From an uncultured delta proteobacterium (GTDB lineage: Bacteria; Desulfobacterota; WTBG01): a DNA stretch of 64,000 bases. Shown piece after piece: positions 20,403 through 30,290 of the stretch. The translations under genes were made by a program, and so were the position numbers. The stretch spans positions 186,742 to 250,741 of the forward strand of contig CAWCBP010000006.1 of assembly GCA_963793865.1 (NCBI GenBank). Direction: 5' to 3'. The notes beneath the pieces were generated by a model that saw only the letters and a program-made list of their open reading frames with translations, was not told the origin of the DNA and searched no databases. The first letter of the stretch is position 1; every line of letters begins with the position of its first letter.

Positions 20403-22154
20403 TTACCGGGCAAGCCGGAAGATGGTGGCGCCTTCCTCATTGGACTGGGATGATGATGCCATGTTGACCCCCACGTACAGGGTGTCATTGAATGTGGCAA
20501 AACCCTCAAAGGCCAATGCGGCATTCCGGCCGAAGCTGTTGTCTGTCACCAGTGTCCAGGTAACTCCATCAGTGGTTTTCCAGAGCGGCGTGCCGGTCTG
20601 GGCTTTTTCACTTTTCTGGGCAATCACCCCGGCATAGAGCACATCATCGAACACGAAGAGATTGGCGGCTATGTTTCTATAGGTTCCTTTGAGGAGCGGG
20701 TCGTCAGTATCCACCAGTTTGTCGTCAAACCCCGCGGGATATGGTGTTCCTGCGCCCACGCTCACAAACCAGCTTCCGTCCTCAGCGCTGCCGCTGGGTG
20801 TGTAGAGCACCCTCGTACCCCCCAGGGAATTTATTCCGATGTACAATTTGTCCCGGTAATGCTGAATGCTCCAGGCCATGTAATTTCCCGTGGCCATTTC
20901 ACAACTCATGCCGTCGCCGAAGCCGTTTTCATTGGTGCCGGTGTTGTTGTCGTCAACCTCAGCGTCAACAATGAGTTCCCATCCGGTATTCGCAAGTATT
21001 GCCATGCGGGCGCATTTTCCCTTTTCACCGGTGGTGCCCGTTCCCCCGGCATAAAGAAGCTCTTCACCCGACACATCGGATATGCCGATATCGCTGATGC
21101 TGCTGCTCACGGCCTTGAGGGAGTCCTTATAGTTTGCATCCGTGTGATAATTGCCGAAACTGTTGGGCGGTTCGGTGACCTGCCAGGTCTCACCGTCCTC
21201 CGAGTACCATACCTGCGCGCCGTGGTCATAGTTGAGGCCGGTGCTGACATACAGCCTGCCGTCGAAAACGAGCATTTCGGTTATGGTCTTGTTCCAGTAG
21301 TCGCCGAAGCCGTTTTCGTCGCTTCCCATGCCGATCCCGTAGCTGTCGCCCTCTTCCACGGGACCGAGGTCATATTCATAGGCAGGGAAGGGATTTATGT
21401 AATGCTTGCTGCCGCACACCGTGTATTCCCTTCCGTAGTCGCCGGAGGTTTCATTCTGCTGTACCGTAAGCGTGTCCGCGGTGTTGCTCACAATGTCAAA
21501 GCGCCGGTAGGCGCCCTCACCGGAGGTAATCTGCAGCACCCCGCCGGCCCACTGGTCAGACTCCCAGTTCTTGGAGGCGTCGGTTATCTCCGCGGTGATG
21601 TCGCCATCGTTGTCTGCACAGCCGGCAATGGCGGTGATGGCGCCCTGCTCATCGGTGTCGACGCGGTCGGACACAACCGGTTCCCAGGCAGCGCCGTCGT
21701 ACCTCCAGATCTCGCAGCCGGATGAGCGAAGCACCGATCCCTGCATGCCGGAAGAAAAACCCACGTAAAGCTTGTCCCGGAAGACGACCATCTTGCTCCA
21801 GAGATTATTGATCATGGTGTTGCCATAGATGCCGTTGGTCTCACCGGAGACTATTTGCACCTGCTGCCAGGTGCTGCCGGAGGTTTTCCATACTTCCGCG
21901 CCTTCGGCATCATTTCGGGTTGTGGCGTACATGCTTCCCTGGAACTCCCCGATTGCCGCCACGGAGATGTTGTTGTCGTTGCCGAAACCCGGTTCCACGA
22001 CCCGCTCCCAGGTTGATCCGTCTTCAGCGGTTACCGTTTCGAGCGCTTTGAAGGGGAGGTTTTGTTGAGGGCATCCGGTGCAGCTGAAGGTTATGGCAGC
22101 TGCCAGGACACATAAAGCTGCCATTGCTGCTGTGTTTTTGCGTATTCGGGTCAT
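20403..22154 (-). CDS. Large acidic lipoprotein, probable beta-propeller, function unknown
   Basis: Signal peptide with Cys (TFSCTGC); repeated F.(D/G).LYVG, (N)GFGD and W..V motifs. Confidence 0.65.
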   Translation of the reverse strand: MTRIRKNTAAMAALCVLAAAITFSCTGCPQQNLPFKALETVTAEDGSTWERVVEPGFGNDNNISVAAIGEFQGSMYATTRNDAEGAEVWKTSGSTWQQVQIVSGETNGIYGNTMINNLWSKMVVFRDKLYVGFSSGMQGSVLRSSGCEIWRYDGAAWEPVVSDRVDTDEQGAITAIAGCADNDGDITAEITDASKNWESDQWAGGVLQITSGEGAYRRFDIVSNTADTLTVQQNETSGDYGREYTVCGSKHYINPFPAYEYDLGPVEEGDSYGIGMGSDENGFGDYWNKTITEMLVFDGRLYVSTGLNYDHGAQVWYSEDGETWQVTEPPNSFGNYHTDANYKDSLKAVSSSISDIGISDVSGEELLYAGGTGTTGEKGKCARMAILANTGWELIVDAEVDDNNTGTNENGFGDGMSCEMATGNYMAWSIQHYRDKLYIGINSLGGTRVLYTPSGSAEDGSWFVSVGAGTPYPAGFDDKLVDTDDPLLKGTYRNIAANLFVFDDVLYAGVIAQKSEKAQTGTPLWKTTDGVTWTLVTDNSFGRNAALAFEGFATFNDTLYVGVNMASSSQSNEEGATIFRLAR

Positions 22155-22415
22155 CCTCAGTGCTCCTTTCTCTATGGATGGGTAAACGACATGCTCAATA
22201 CTGATAATGCATAGCATAAAAAAGGCGGGAAGTCACTGCATATGAAAAAGTATCCCGGGTGCTGCTGAACGAAAACCTTTGAAACGCGCTTAAAATAAAT
22301 ACTGCCCTAACCACTCAGGTGTGATATACATGAGCAACGGAAAATTATTGAAGGGGAATGTGCACCTGCTTTTCCTCCATGCGTTTCCTTACACCATCGG
22401 GCAATCCATAAAAGT

Positions 22416-24992
22416 ATGCAGATGAAAGATTACCTGTCCCTGGTAAGCCATCCCAGCCGCTACCTGGGGGGCGAAATCAACTCGGTCAGAAAGGACCTGT
22501 CGCAGGTGGACCTGAAGGTCTGCCTCGCCTTTCCTGATGTGTACGAAGTGGGCATGTCCCATCTCGGGCTGCAGATACTCTACCACCTGCTCAACGCCTG
22601 CCCGAACATTGCCGCCGAACGGGTGTATGCCCCCGGCCTGGATATGGAGGGGGTGATGCGCGAAAATGGCATCCGGCTCACCTCCCTGGAGTCGCGCCAC
22701 CCCGTCAGCGGCTTTGACCTGGTGGGATTTTCCCTGCAGTACGAGCTGAGCTACACCAATGTGCTGGCCATGCTTGACCTGGCGGGGATCCCGCTTTATG
22801 CCGCACAGAGGGGTGAGGACAGCCCGCTGGTCATCGCCGGCGGCCCCTGCTGTTTTAACCCCGAACCGCTGGCCGATTTTTTTGACGCCATGCTTGTCGG
22901 CGACGGCGAAGAGGCACTTCCCGAGATGTGCGAGTGCATAATCCGGGCGCGGCGGGAGAAACTGTCCAGGCAGGTTGTCCTGCAGCTGCTCTCGCAAATA
23001 GAAGGCGTGTATGTCCCGGGCTTTTTTGAGGCGGCCTACCGGGGGGACGGGACGCTGGAAGCAATGATACCCCTCAGGCCGGGATACGAGGGGGTGAAAA
23101 AAAGATGGGTCAGATCATTAGACGCAACGCCGCTGATCCGTGCACCGCTGGTGCCCTATAAGAAAATTGTGCATGACCGCCTGAGCCTGGAAATCGCCCG
23201 GGGATGCACGAGAGGCTGCCGCTTCTGCCAGGCGGGCATTATTTACCGCCCGGTGCGTGAGCGCGGCCTGCGCACCATCGAGAAGATGGTGGAGCTGTGC
23301 CTTGCCGGCAGCGGCTTTGATGAGCTTTCCCTGGCTTCTTTAAGCACCGGCGACTTCAGCTGCATTGACGAACTGCTCACCGACCTGATGCGTCGCTACG
23401 CGTCGGAGAAGGTGGCCGTTTCCTTCCCCTCGCTGCGATCGGAGACCCTGACCCCGCGCCTGATCGAAGAAATTAAGAAGGTGAGGAAAACCGGTTTTAC
23501 CATTGCCCCGGAAGCGGGAACGGACCGGCTGCGGCGCGTCATCAACAAGGGAAACCGGGAAGAGGAAATACTGGAGACGGTGCGGAACGTATTCGACGCC
23601 GGGTGGAACGGCATCAAGCTCTATTTCATGATAGGCCTTCCCACCGAACAGCAGGAGGACCTGGAGGGAATAATAGCCCTCGCCGGCAAAATCCGCGCGC
23701 TGGCCCGCAGCGGCGGCAAAAGCAGGAGCGTTGCCGTGAGCGTCTCAACCTTTGTGCCCAAGCCCCACACCCCCTTCCAGTGGGAGGGACAGATAAGCAT
23801 TGAGGAGATGAGCCGGAAGCAGGAGTTCCTGAAGCGCGAAATCAGAAGGCTGAAGCTGGACTTCAAATGGCAGGATGTGTACATGAGCCATCTTGAGGGC
23901 ATATTTGCCCGGGGGGACAGGAGGCTTGCCCCGGCGGTTGAACGGGCGTACCGCCTGGGGTGCAGGTTTGACGGCTGGAGCGAGCACCTGGACCGGGAAA
24001 AATGGGAAGCGGCATTGGGCGGCATTGATGCCGGCTTTTACACCGGGCGGGCGCGGCCGCCCGGGGAGGTTTTTCCCTGGGACCACATTGATTGCGGGAT
24101 TGCAAAAAGCTATCTCCGCGATGAGTACCGGAAAGCGCTGCAGGGGCTCTTTACGCCGGACTGCAGGACCGGGGCATGCAACGCCTGCGGCATATGCACC
24201 GAAGACCCGGGTGTGCAAAGGGCCTCTGCGGGGGAAGTGTCTCGCGGTGTCGGCAACGGGAAGGAAGGGGCGCAGTCCGCACCTTCCGGAGCAGGAGGCG
24301 GGCGGCGGACTGCGAATGCCGCCGGTTACAGGAGACTGCGCTTGCGTTTTTCCAAGCTCGGGGACGGGCGTTTCCTGGGTCACTTGGAACTGGTTACCCT
24401 TTTTGCCAGGGCGGTGAAACGGGCGCTGATTCCGGTCAGGTTTTCTGAAGGGTTTCACCCCCTGCCGCGAATCATTTTCGGGCCCGCGCTGCCGGTGGGC
24501 ATGGAGAGTGAATGCGAATATGTGGATGTGGAAATTACCGGCGGTGGTGACTGCGGTGCAATGGCGGCATCTTTAAACCGGACCCTCCCTGACTGGATAC
24601 GAATCCATGAGGCCCGGGAAATTTCATTGAAATGCCCGGCACTTTCTGATAGTATACAAAGCGTTCGCTATGCGGTAGCCCTTGAAAAGGGCATCGAAAA
24701 ATTGTCAAGGCATAACAATTGGTTAAAGAGCAAAATTGATGCGTTTTCTCAAGAGGCGACTAGGCCTGTTGCGGTAAGAAGCAAGCGGGGAATGGCGAAC
24801 ATCGATCTGAAGCAGTGGGTGGAAGATCTTGTCCCCAACGGGGAAGACGGGCTGGAGATGGCGGTTAAAATGAGCGGCAGCAAAACCATCAGGCCCTCTG
24901 AAATTTTGGAAGCTGTTTTTGATCTTTCCCGGGACGAGCTGCAGCGCACCCGGGTGAAAAAAATCGGCGTCCGCTTCGTGCAGGCGCCTTGA
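22416..24992 (+). CDS. B12-binding-like radical SAM protein fused to radical-SAM-associated (DUF2344-like) domain
   Basis: FPDVYEVGMS, RGCTRGCRFC, APEAG, YFMIGLP, FVPKPHTPFQW; C-terminal RFLGHLE..FSEGFHP..FGPALP; upstream of rng. Confidence 0.85.
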   Translation: MQMKDYLSLVSHPSRYLGGEINSVRKDLSQVDLKVCLAFPDVYEVGMSHLGLQILYHLLNACPNIAAERVYAPGLDMEGVMRENGIRLTSLESRHPVSGFDLVGFSLQYELSYTNVLAMLDLAGIPLYAAQRGEDSPLVIAGGPCCFNPEPLADFFDAMLVGDGEEALPEMCECIIRARREKLSRQVVLQLLSQIEGVYVPGFFEAAYRGDGTLEAMIPLRPGYEGVKKRWVRSLDATPLIRAPLVPYKKIVHDRLSLEIARGCTRGCRFCQAGIIYRPVRERGLRTIEKMVELCLAGSGFDELSLASLSTGDFSCIDELLTDLMRRYASEKVAVSFPSLRSETLTPRLIEEIKKVRKTGFTIAPEAGTDRLRRVINKGNREEEILETVRNVFDAGWNGIKLYFMIGLPTEQQEDLEGIIALAGKIRALARSGGKSRSVAVSVSTFVPKPHTPFQWEGQISIEEMSRKQEFLKREIRRLKLDFKWQDVYMSHLEGIFARGDRRLAPAVERAYRLGCRFDGWSEHLDREKWEAALGGIDAGFYTGRARPPGEVFPWDHIDCGIAKSYLRDEYRKALQGLFTPDCRTGACNACGICTEDPGVQRASAGEVSRGVGNGKEGAQSAPSGAGGGRRTANAAGYRRLRLRFSKLGDGRFLGHLELVTLFARAVKRALIPVRFSEGFHPLPRIIFGPALPVGMESECEYVDVEITGGGDCGAMAASLNRTLPDWIRIHEAREISLKCPALSDSIQSVRYAVALEKGIEKLSRHNNWLKSKIDAFSQEATRPVAVRSKRGMANIDLKQWVEDLVPNGEDGLEMAVKMSGSKTIRPSEILEAVFDLSRDELQRTRVKKIGVRFVQAP

Positions 24993-25032
24993 AAATCACA
25001 TTATTTTAAACCATACGCTCGAGAGATGTTCT

Positions 25033-26562
25033 ATGTCATCGGAACTGGTCATTAATGTTACCTCCAAGGAGACGCGCATCGCGCTTATCGAAAACGGGCT
25101 GCTTGCGGAACTGTACATAGAAAGAGGTTCTGACAGGGGGGTTGCCGGCAACATTTACAAGGGCAGGGTGATACGGGTGCTTCCCGGCATGCAGTCGGCC
25201 TTCGTGGATATCGGGTTGAGCCGGTCCGCCTTTCTCTATGTTGCCGATGTCTACGAAGATTATGACGGGCTGGAGCTGATGATCGGGGCCGCTTCCCCCG
25301 AGGGAAAGGCGGCTGCCGGGGAGGGGGAGGAGCAATATCCCCTGGCGCCCTCCCGCAGCAACGCCCTGATCGAGGACATGCTGCACGAAGGCCAGGAGGT
25401 GTTGGTGCAGATCTCAAAGGAGCCCATCGGCACAAAAGGGGCGAGGGTCACCACCCACATCTCCCTGCCCGGCCGCTACCTGGTGCTCATGCCCACCATG
25501 GATCACGTGGGCATTTCGCGGCGCATAGAAAATGAAGATGAGCGGAAGCGGCTCAAGGAGCTGCTGGCGCCGATAAAGCCTCCGGGAATGGGATTTATCG
25601 TCAGGACCGCCAGCGAGGGGAGCAGCGGGGATGATTTCGTTCTGGACATAAATTTTCTGCTGAAGCTGTGGGAAAGCATTCAGCAGCGGAGGGTCAATGC
25701 CACCGCCCCGAGCGTCATCCACTGCGAGCTGGACATCTGCCTGCGGGCAATCCGGGACCTCTATACCAAGGGCGTTGAGAAAGTGGTGGTGGACTCCGAG
25801 AAGGAATACGGCCAGATCCTTGATTTTGCCTCCACCTTCATGCCCCAGCTCAAGCACGCCGTGGAATTGTATGACGCGGAGGAGCCCATTTTTGACGCTT
25901 ACGGAATCGAGGTTGAAATCAGCCGGGCCCTGGGCAAGAAGGTCTGGCTGAAATCAGGCGGCTCGATCGTTATCGAGGAAACGGAGGCGCTGACCGCCAT
26001 TGATGTGAATACCGGGAAGTATGTGGGCAAGGGAAACCCCGAGGACACCATCTTGAAAACCAACCTGGAGGCGGTAAAGGAAATTGCCTATCAGCTCCGG
26101 CTGCGCAATATCGGCGGCATTATCATTATTGATTTCATCGACATGGAGCGGGAGGGCGGGCGCGAGCGCGTCTACCAGGCACTCAACGAGGCACTCAAAA
26201 AGGACCGGGCGAAGGTAAACATCCTCAGGATATCAGAGCTGGGGCTGGTGGAAATGACCAGGAAGCGGACGCGTGAAAACTTAAGCCGGATCCTGTGCGA
26301 GTCCTGTTCCTATTGTGAGGGCAGGGGGGTGCTCAAGTCAAAAACCACCCTCTGCTTTGAGATTTTCAGGGAAATAAGGCGCGAGGCCATGAACGTGCCC
26401 TCGAAGACCATCGTGGTTTCCCTTCACCCGGCGGTGGCGGATTACATGTATGAAGAGGAGCGGTATGCCATTGAGGCCCTGGAAAACAGGCTCAAGAAAA
26501 AGATCATCATAAAGGTGAGAAGCAGCTTTCACCAGGAGGAATACGAAATAGAGAGCAAATAA
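25033..26562 (+). CDS. rng: Ribonuclease G (Rne/Rng family)
   Basis: GNIYKGRV..LPGMQSAFVDIG, IDVNTG, RNIGGIIIIDFIDM, EMTRKR. Confidence 0.95.
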   Translation: MSSELVINVTSKETRIALIENGLLAELYIERGSDRGVAGNIYKGRVIRVLPGMQSAFVDIGLSRSAFLYVADVYEDYDGLELMIGAASPEGKAAAGEGEEQYPLAPSRSNALIEDMLHEGQEVLVQISKEPIGTKGARVTTHISLPGRYLVLMPTMDHVGISRRIENEDERKRLKELLAPIKPPGMGFIVRTASEGSSGDDFVLDINFLLKLWESIQQRRVNATAPSVIHCELDICLRAIRDLYTKGVEKVVVDSEKEYGQILDFASTFMPQLKHAVELYDAEEPIFDAYGIEVEISRALGKKVWLKSGGSIVIEETEALTAIDVNTGKYVGKGNPEDTILKTNLEAVKEIAYQLRLRNIGGIIIIDFIDMEREGGRERVYQALNEALKKDRAKVNILRISELGLVEMTRKRTRENLSRILCESCSYCEGRGVLKSKTTLCFEIFREIRREAMNVPSKTIVVSLHPAVADYMYEEERYAIEALENRLKKKIIIKVRSSFHQEEYEIESK

Positions 26563-26627
26563 TGTGGCATCGAAAATGCCCCCGTTACTCTCCTTGACTG
26601 TCGAAAGTATTTGGTTTAATAATTTTC

Positions 26628-26656
26628 TTGACAGAAATAGAAATATTCATTATGTT
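26628..26656 (+). promoter_or_regulatory. Putative sigma70 promoter for the rplU operon
   Basis: TTGACA-17 nt-TATGTT in an AT-rich gap. Confidence 0.55.
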
Positions 26657-26763
26657 AATCCCTTTAATAAAAGGCCACGTAAGGTGGTGAGGGGAAAGGG
26701 GTAAAAGCCCGGTTTACAGCAGCGGGGCTTTTTAAACGGGTGTGTCGACAAGGACGTGTAAAT

Positions 26764-27075
26764 ATGTATGCCGTGATCAAAACAGGTGGTAAGCAGTACC
26801 GGGTGGCCGAGGGTGACCTGGTCAAGGTTGAGAAGATTGCCGGGGAAATCGGCGATGTGGTGGAGTTGAAGGAAATTCTGCTGACGGCCAACGGAGACAA
26901 GGTTGAGATCGGCAGACCGCATCTGGACCACTGCACCGTGGTGGGAGAGATTGTCGAGCAGAAGAAGGACAAAAAAGTTGTCATCTTTAAGGCGAAGCGC
27001 CGTAAAAGCTACAGGAAAAAACAGGGGCACCGGCAGAATCATACCGTTCTCAGGATTACGGCCATAAAGCTGTAG
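26764..27075 (+). CDS. rplU: 50S ribosomal protein L21
   Basis: MYAVIKTGGKQYRV...GHRQ. Confidence 0.97.
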   Translation: MYAVIKTGGKQYRVAEGDLVKVEKIAGEIGDVVELKEILLTANGDKVEIGRPHLDHCTVVGEIVEQKKDKKVVIFKAKRRKSYRKKQGHRQNHTVLRITAIKL

Positions 27076-27125
27076 CCGCGCCGTCCCCGAAGGGCATCGT
27101 GTGTGCTGAGAGGAGGAGTTGATCT

Positions 27126-27500
27126 TTGCGTTATTATGAAATGATTGTCATTGTGCATCCCAACGTGCCGGAGGAGGAGCTTTCTCTGGTGGTTGACAAG
27201 GTTTCCGCGGTGATTAAGCAGAACCAGGGCGAGGTGCTGAAGGTTGATCAGTGGGGAAAACGCAAGTGCGCCCACAAAATCAAAAAGTGCCAGAAAGGGT
27301 ATTATTTTGTCTTTTATCTCACGGCAAATCCGGATCTGCTGGCAGAGGTGGAGAAAACCCTCCGCTACGATGAAAAGATCCTGCGCCACCAGACGGTAAA
27401 AATTGAAAAGGAGAAAATCCAGACCCCGGGCGTGAAGTCTGAAGAGCCGGCGCAGGAGGAAGCCAAGCCTGCGATTGAGGCCGGTACCGCCGAGGTGTAG
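27126..27500 (+). CDS. rpsF: 30S ribosomal protein S6
   Basis: MRYYEM.IVHP, WGKRK.AH.IKK..GYY, ILRH; RBS AGGAGG. Confidence 0.93.
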   Translation: MRYYEMIVIVHPNVPEEELSLVVDKVSAVIKQNQGEVLKVDQWGKRKCAHKIKKCQKGYYFVFYLTANPDLLAEVEKTLRYDEKILRHQTVKIEKEKIQTPGVKSEEPAQEEAKPAIEAGTAEV

Positions 27501-27542
27501 CCTGACGGATGATCGCCGTGTGTCAGGGGCCGGGCAGGCAGG

Positions 27543-27881
27543 GTGAAAGAGATCAACCGGGTCATTCTCACGGGAGAAGTGGTTGCGGATGCCGTCTTCG
27601 GCCATACGGCCCGGGGGACGGGAGTTGCCACCTTTACCCTGGTCTTTGTGACTGAGCGGCATGGCGGGGGAGAGCAGAAGGGCCGCATTGATGTGGTTTG
27701 CATGGGCGATGCGGCGGCGGGGTGTGCCGTGATTGCCCGGCGCGCCGAACGGGTAAAGGTGGAGGGACACCTGCAGCAGCGCAGCTGGAAAACACCCGAG
27801 GGTTTTCAGAAAAGCAAGACGGAAATCATGGCTCACACGGTCGAGCCTTTCAAGGCGGATGCCGCGCCGGCATCGCAATAG
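27543..27881 (+). CDS. Short single-stranded DNA-binding protein (SSB/PriB-like, no acidic tail)
   Basis: NRVILTG, VEGHLQQRSW..GF.KSKTEI OB-fold; lies between rpsF and rpsR. Confidence 0.8.
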   Translation: MKEINRVILTGEVVADAVFGHTARGTGVATFTLVFVTERHGGGEQKGRIDVVCMGDAAAGCAVIARRAERVKVEGHLQQRSWKTPEGFQKSKTEIMAHTVEPFKADAAPASQ

Positions 27882-27915
27882 CGCAAACGGGTAACCGGAT
27901 GAGGGAGGTATTTTT

Positions 27916-28167
27916 TTGAAAAGAAAGCCCTATAAAAACAGAAGGAAAAGAACATTTCAAAAACACAAGGTATGCAGGTTTTGTGCTGACAGCAACCTTG
28001 CCATCGATTATAAGGATTACGGGATGCTACGGTTTTTTGTGTCGGAACGGGGCAAGATCATTCCCCGCAGGATTTCGGGGAATTGCGCCCGGCATCAGAG
28101 AAGGATTACCAACGCGGTGAAACGGGCGCGCAACATCGCCTTGATACCGTTTTCCGCCACCTTCTAA
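27916..28167 (+). CDS. rpsR: 30S ribosomal protein S18 (Zn-binding type)
   Basis: [29 protein letters not shown]. Confidence 0.97.
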   Translation: MKRKPYKNRRKRTFQKHKVCRFCADSNLAIDYKDYGMLRFFVSERGKIIPRRISGNCARHQRRITNAVKRARNIALIPFSATF

Positions 28168-28249
28168 GGTGCGCGGTGCAGCTGCCCTGCAGCCGGCGGG
28201 TTGAAGGGGCAAGCGGCTTACGTGGTTATTTTTCCAAGCGAGGTGTCAG

Positions 28250-28693
28250 GTGAAAGTTATTTTAGTTGAAGATGTGCAGGCCCTGGGGAAAATGGGAGAG
28301 CTGGTCAAGGTTGCAGGCGGCTATGGAAGAAACTATCTTATTCCCTACGGGAAGGCCATAAAGGCCACCACCCAGAACATGAAGATTCTGGACCATCAGA
28401 CCAGGCAGCTCAAGGATCAGATCAACAAGATTAAAAGGGACGCGGAGAAGCTGGCCAAGCGGATTGAGTCGGTTTCCTGCACGGTTGCAAAACCCGCCGG
28501 CGAGGAGGAGAAGCTGTTCGGGTCCGTCACCGCCATGGATATTGCTGAAAACCTGCAGCTGGAAGGCATTTCAGTGGACCGCAGGAAGATCGTTCTGGAT
28601 GAGCCCATTAAGACGCTTGGCATATACACAATTCCCATAAAACTGCACTCTGAAGTAACCGCTCAATTAAAAGTCTGGGTCGTTAAGGCCTGA
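28250..28693 (+). CDS. rplI: 50S ribosomal protein L9
   Basis: MKVIL..LGK.G..VKV..GYGRNYLIP, KLFGSVT, PIKTLG. Confidence 0.97.
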   Translation: MKVILVEDVQALGKMGELVKVAGGYGRNYLIPYGKAIKATTQNMKILDHQTRQLKDQINKIKRDAEKLAKRIESVSCTVAKPAGEEEKLFGSVTAMDIAENLQLEGISVDRRKIVLDEPIKTLGIYTIPIKLHSEVTAQLKVWVVKA

Positions 28694-28826
28694 TCTGTTT
28701 TCCATTTCCCCGTTAGACACGTTTCATCTAATTGCACGCAATTGGAACGGTGACAGCAGGATATAAGCGGCAGCGGCCGATTGCCTGTGCCCCACCGGCC
28801 TGCCTGCATGAGCGCACCGCGACCGT

Positions 28827-30187
28827 ATGGAAGCCCCCAATTACAAAGTCCCCCCCAGAATATCGAAGCTGAACAGTCGGTGATCGGCGGCATTCTGCTT
28901 GAGAACGAAGCAATCACCACCGTGCTGGAGAACCTGGTGGTTGATGACTTCTACCGCGAAGCCCACCGAAGCATTTTCCTGGCCATGATTGAGCTTTTTG
29001 AAAAAAATGAACCCATTGACCTCATTACTTTAACCAATTATCTGCGGGGTGAGAACCAGCTGGAGCGCATCGGGGGAAGCGCCTATCTGTCGTCCCTGGT
29101 TGACACCACTCCCACTGCCGCCAATATCAGTTACTATGCCAAAATCGTCAAGGAGAAGTCCATCCTGCGGCGATTGATCAGCACGGCAACCGACATTGTC
29201 GCCCGGGGCTATGACGACGACGGCGACGTGGCAGACCTGCTGGACATGGCGGAGAAGAATATCTTCCAGATCACCGAGAGCAAGATACGGCCGTCATTTT
29301 TCAGCATCAAGAGCATTTTAAAGGAAAGTTTTAAAACCATCGAGAAGCTCTATGAGAGCAGGGAGATTGTCACCGGCGTCCCCACCGGATATGACGAAAT
29401 AGACAAGCTGACCTCGGGGTTTCAACCGTCGGACCTGATCATTGTCGCCGGACGCCCCAGCATGGGCAAAACCTCCTTTTGCCTTAACATTGCCCAGTAT
29501 GTGGCCATTGAAAAGCACATCCCGGTGGCGATCTTTTCCCTGGAAATGTCCAAGGAGCAGGTGGTTTTGCGCATGCTCTGTTCCGAGGCCCGGGTGGATG
29601 CCCACAAGGTGCGCTCGGGATATTTGGGGGAAACAGACTGGCCCAAACTCACCCGGGCGGCAGGCACCCTTTCCGAGTCGCCGATCTATATAGATGATAC
29701 GGCGGCTATTTCCGTGCTGGAAATGCGGGCCAAGGCGCGGCGCCTCATGGCGGAGTGTAATCTGGGTTTGGTAATCGTCGATTATTTGCAGCTCATGCGG
29801 GGCAGGGGCATCAACAGCAGGGGAAGGGGGGGATCGGACAGCAGGGAGCAGGAAATCTCCGAAATTTCACGGTCGCTCAAGGCCCTGGCAAAGGAATTGA
29901 ACATACCGGTGGTGGCGCTTTCCCAGTTGAACCGCCGGGTTGAAGAGCGTCAGAACAAGCGGCCGCAGCTGGCCGATTTAAGGGAATCAGGGGCCATAGA
30001 GCAGGACGCAGACCTTATCGCCTTCATTTACCGGGATGATATTTACAACCGGGACGAGAACAACCCCAACAAGGGTGTGGCCGAAATTATCATCGGCAAG
30101 CAGAGGAACGGTCCTGTCGGAGATGTGAAGCTTGCGTTTTTGGAAAAGTTTGCCACCTTTGATAATCTCGCCTGGGTTAAAGAGTAA
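28827..30187 (+). CDS. dnaB: Replicative DNA helicase (likely start ATG 28827 with a 1-nt error in the C run at ~28850)
   Basis: Adding one C gives MEAPNYKVPPQNIEAEQ; GRPSMGKT, FSLEM, DYLQL, DLRESGAIEQDAD, KQRNGP. Confidence 0.96.
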
Positions 30188-30290
30188 GCTGTTCCTTTTC
30201 CCGCCCGCAGCAGCCTTCATTTTTTCCCGCCCCGCGGAAGAGCTTTCGTAAACAGCAGGACGGTTCCTTCACAGTTGCATGGAGAAGCCC

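Noticed and set aside
28827..30187. Intein in DnaB
   Set aside because: Normal length, only a short Gly/Arg-rich loop, and no intein splice motifs.
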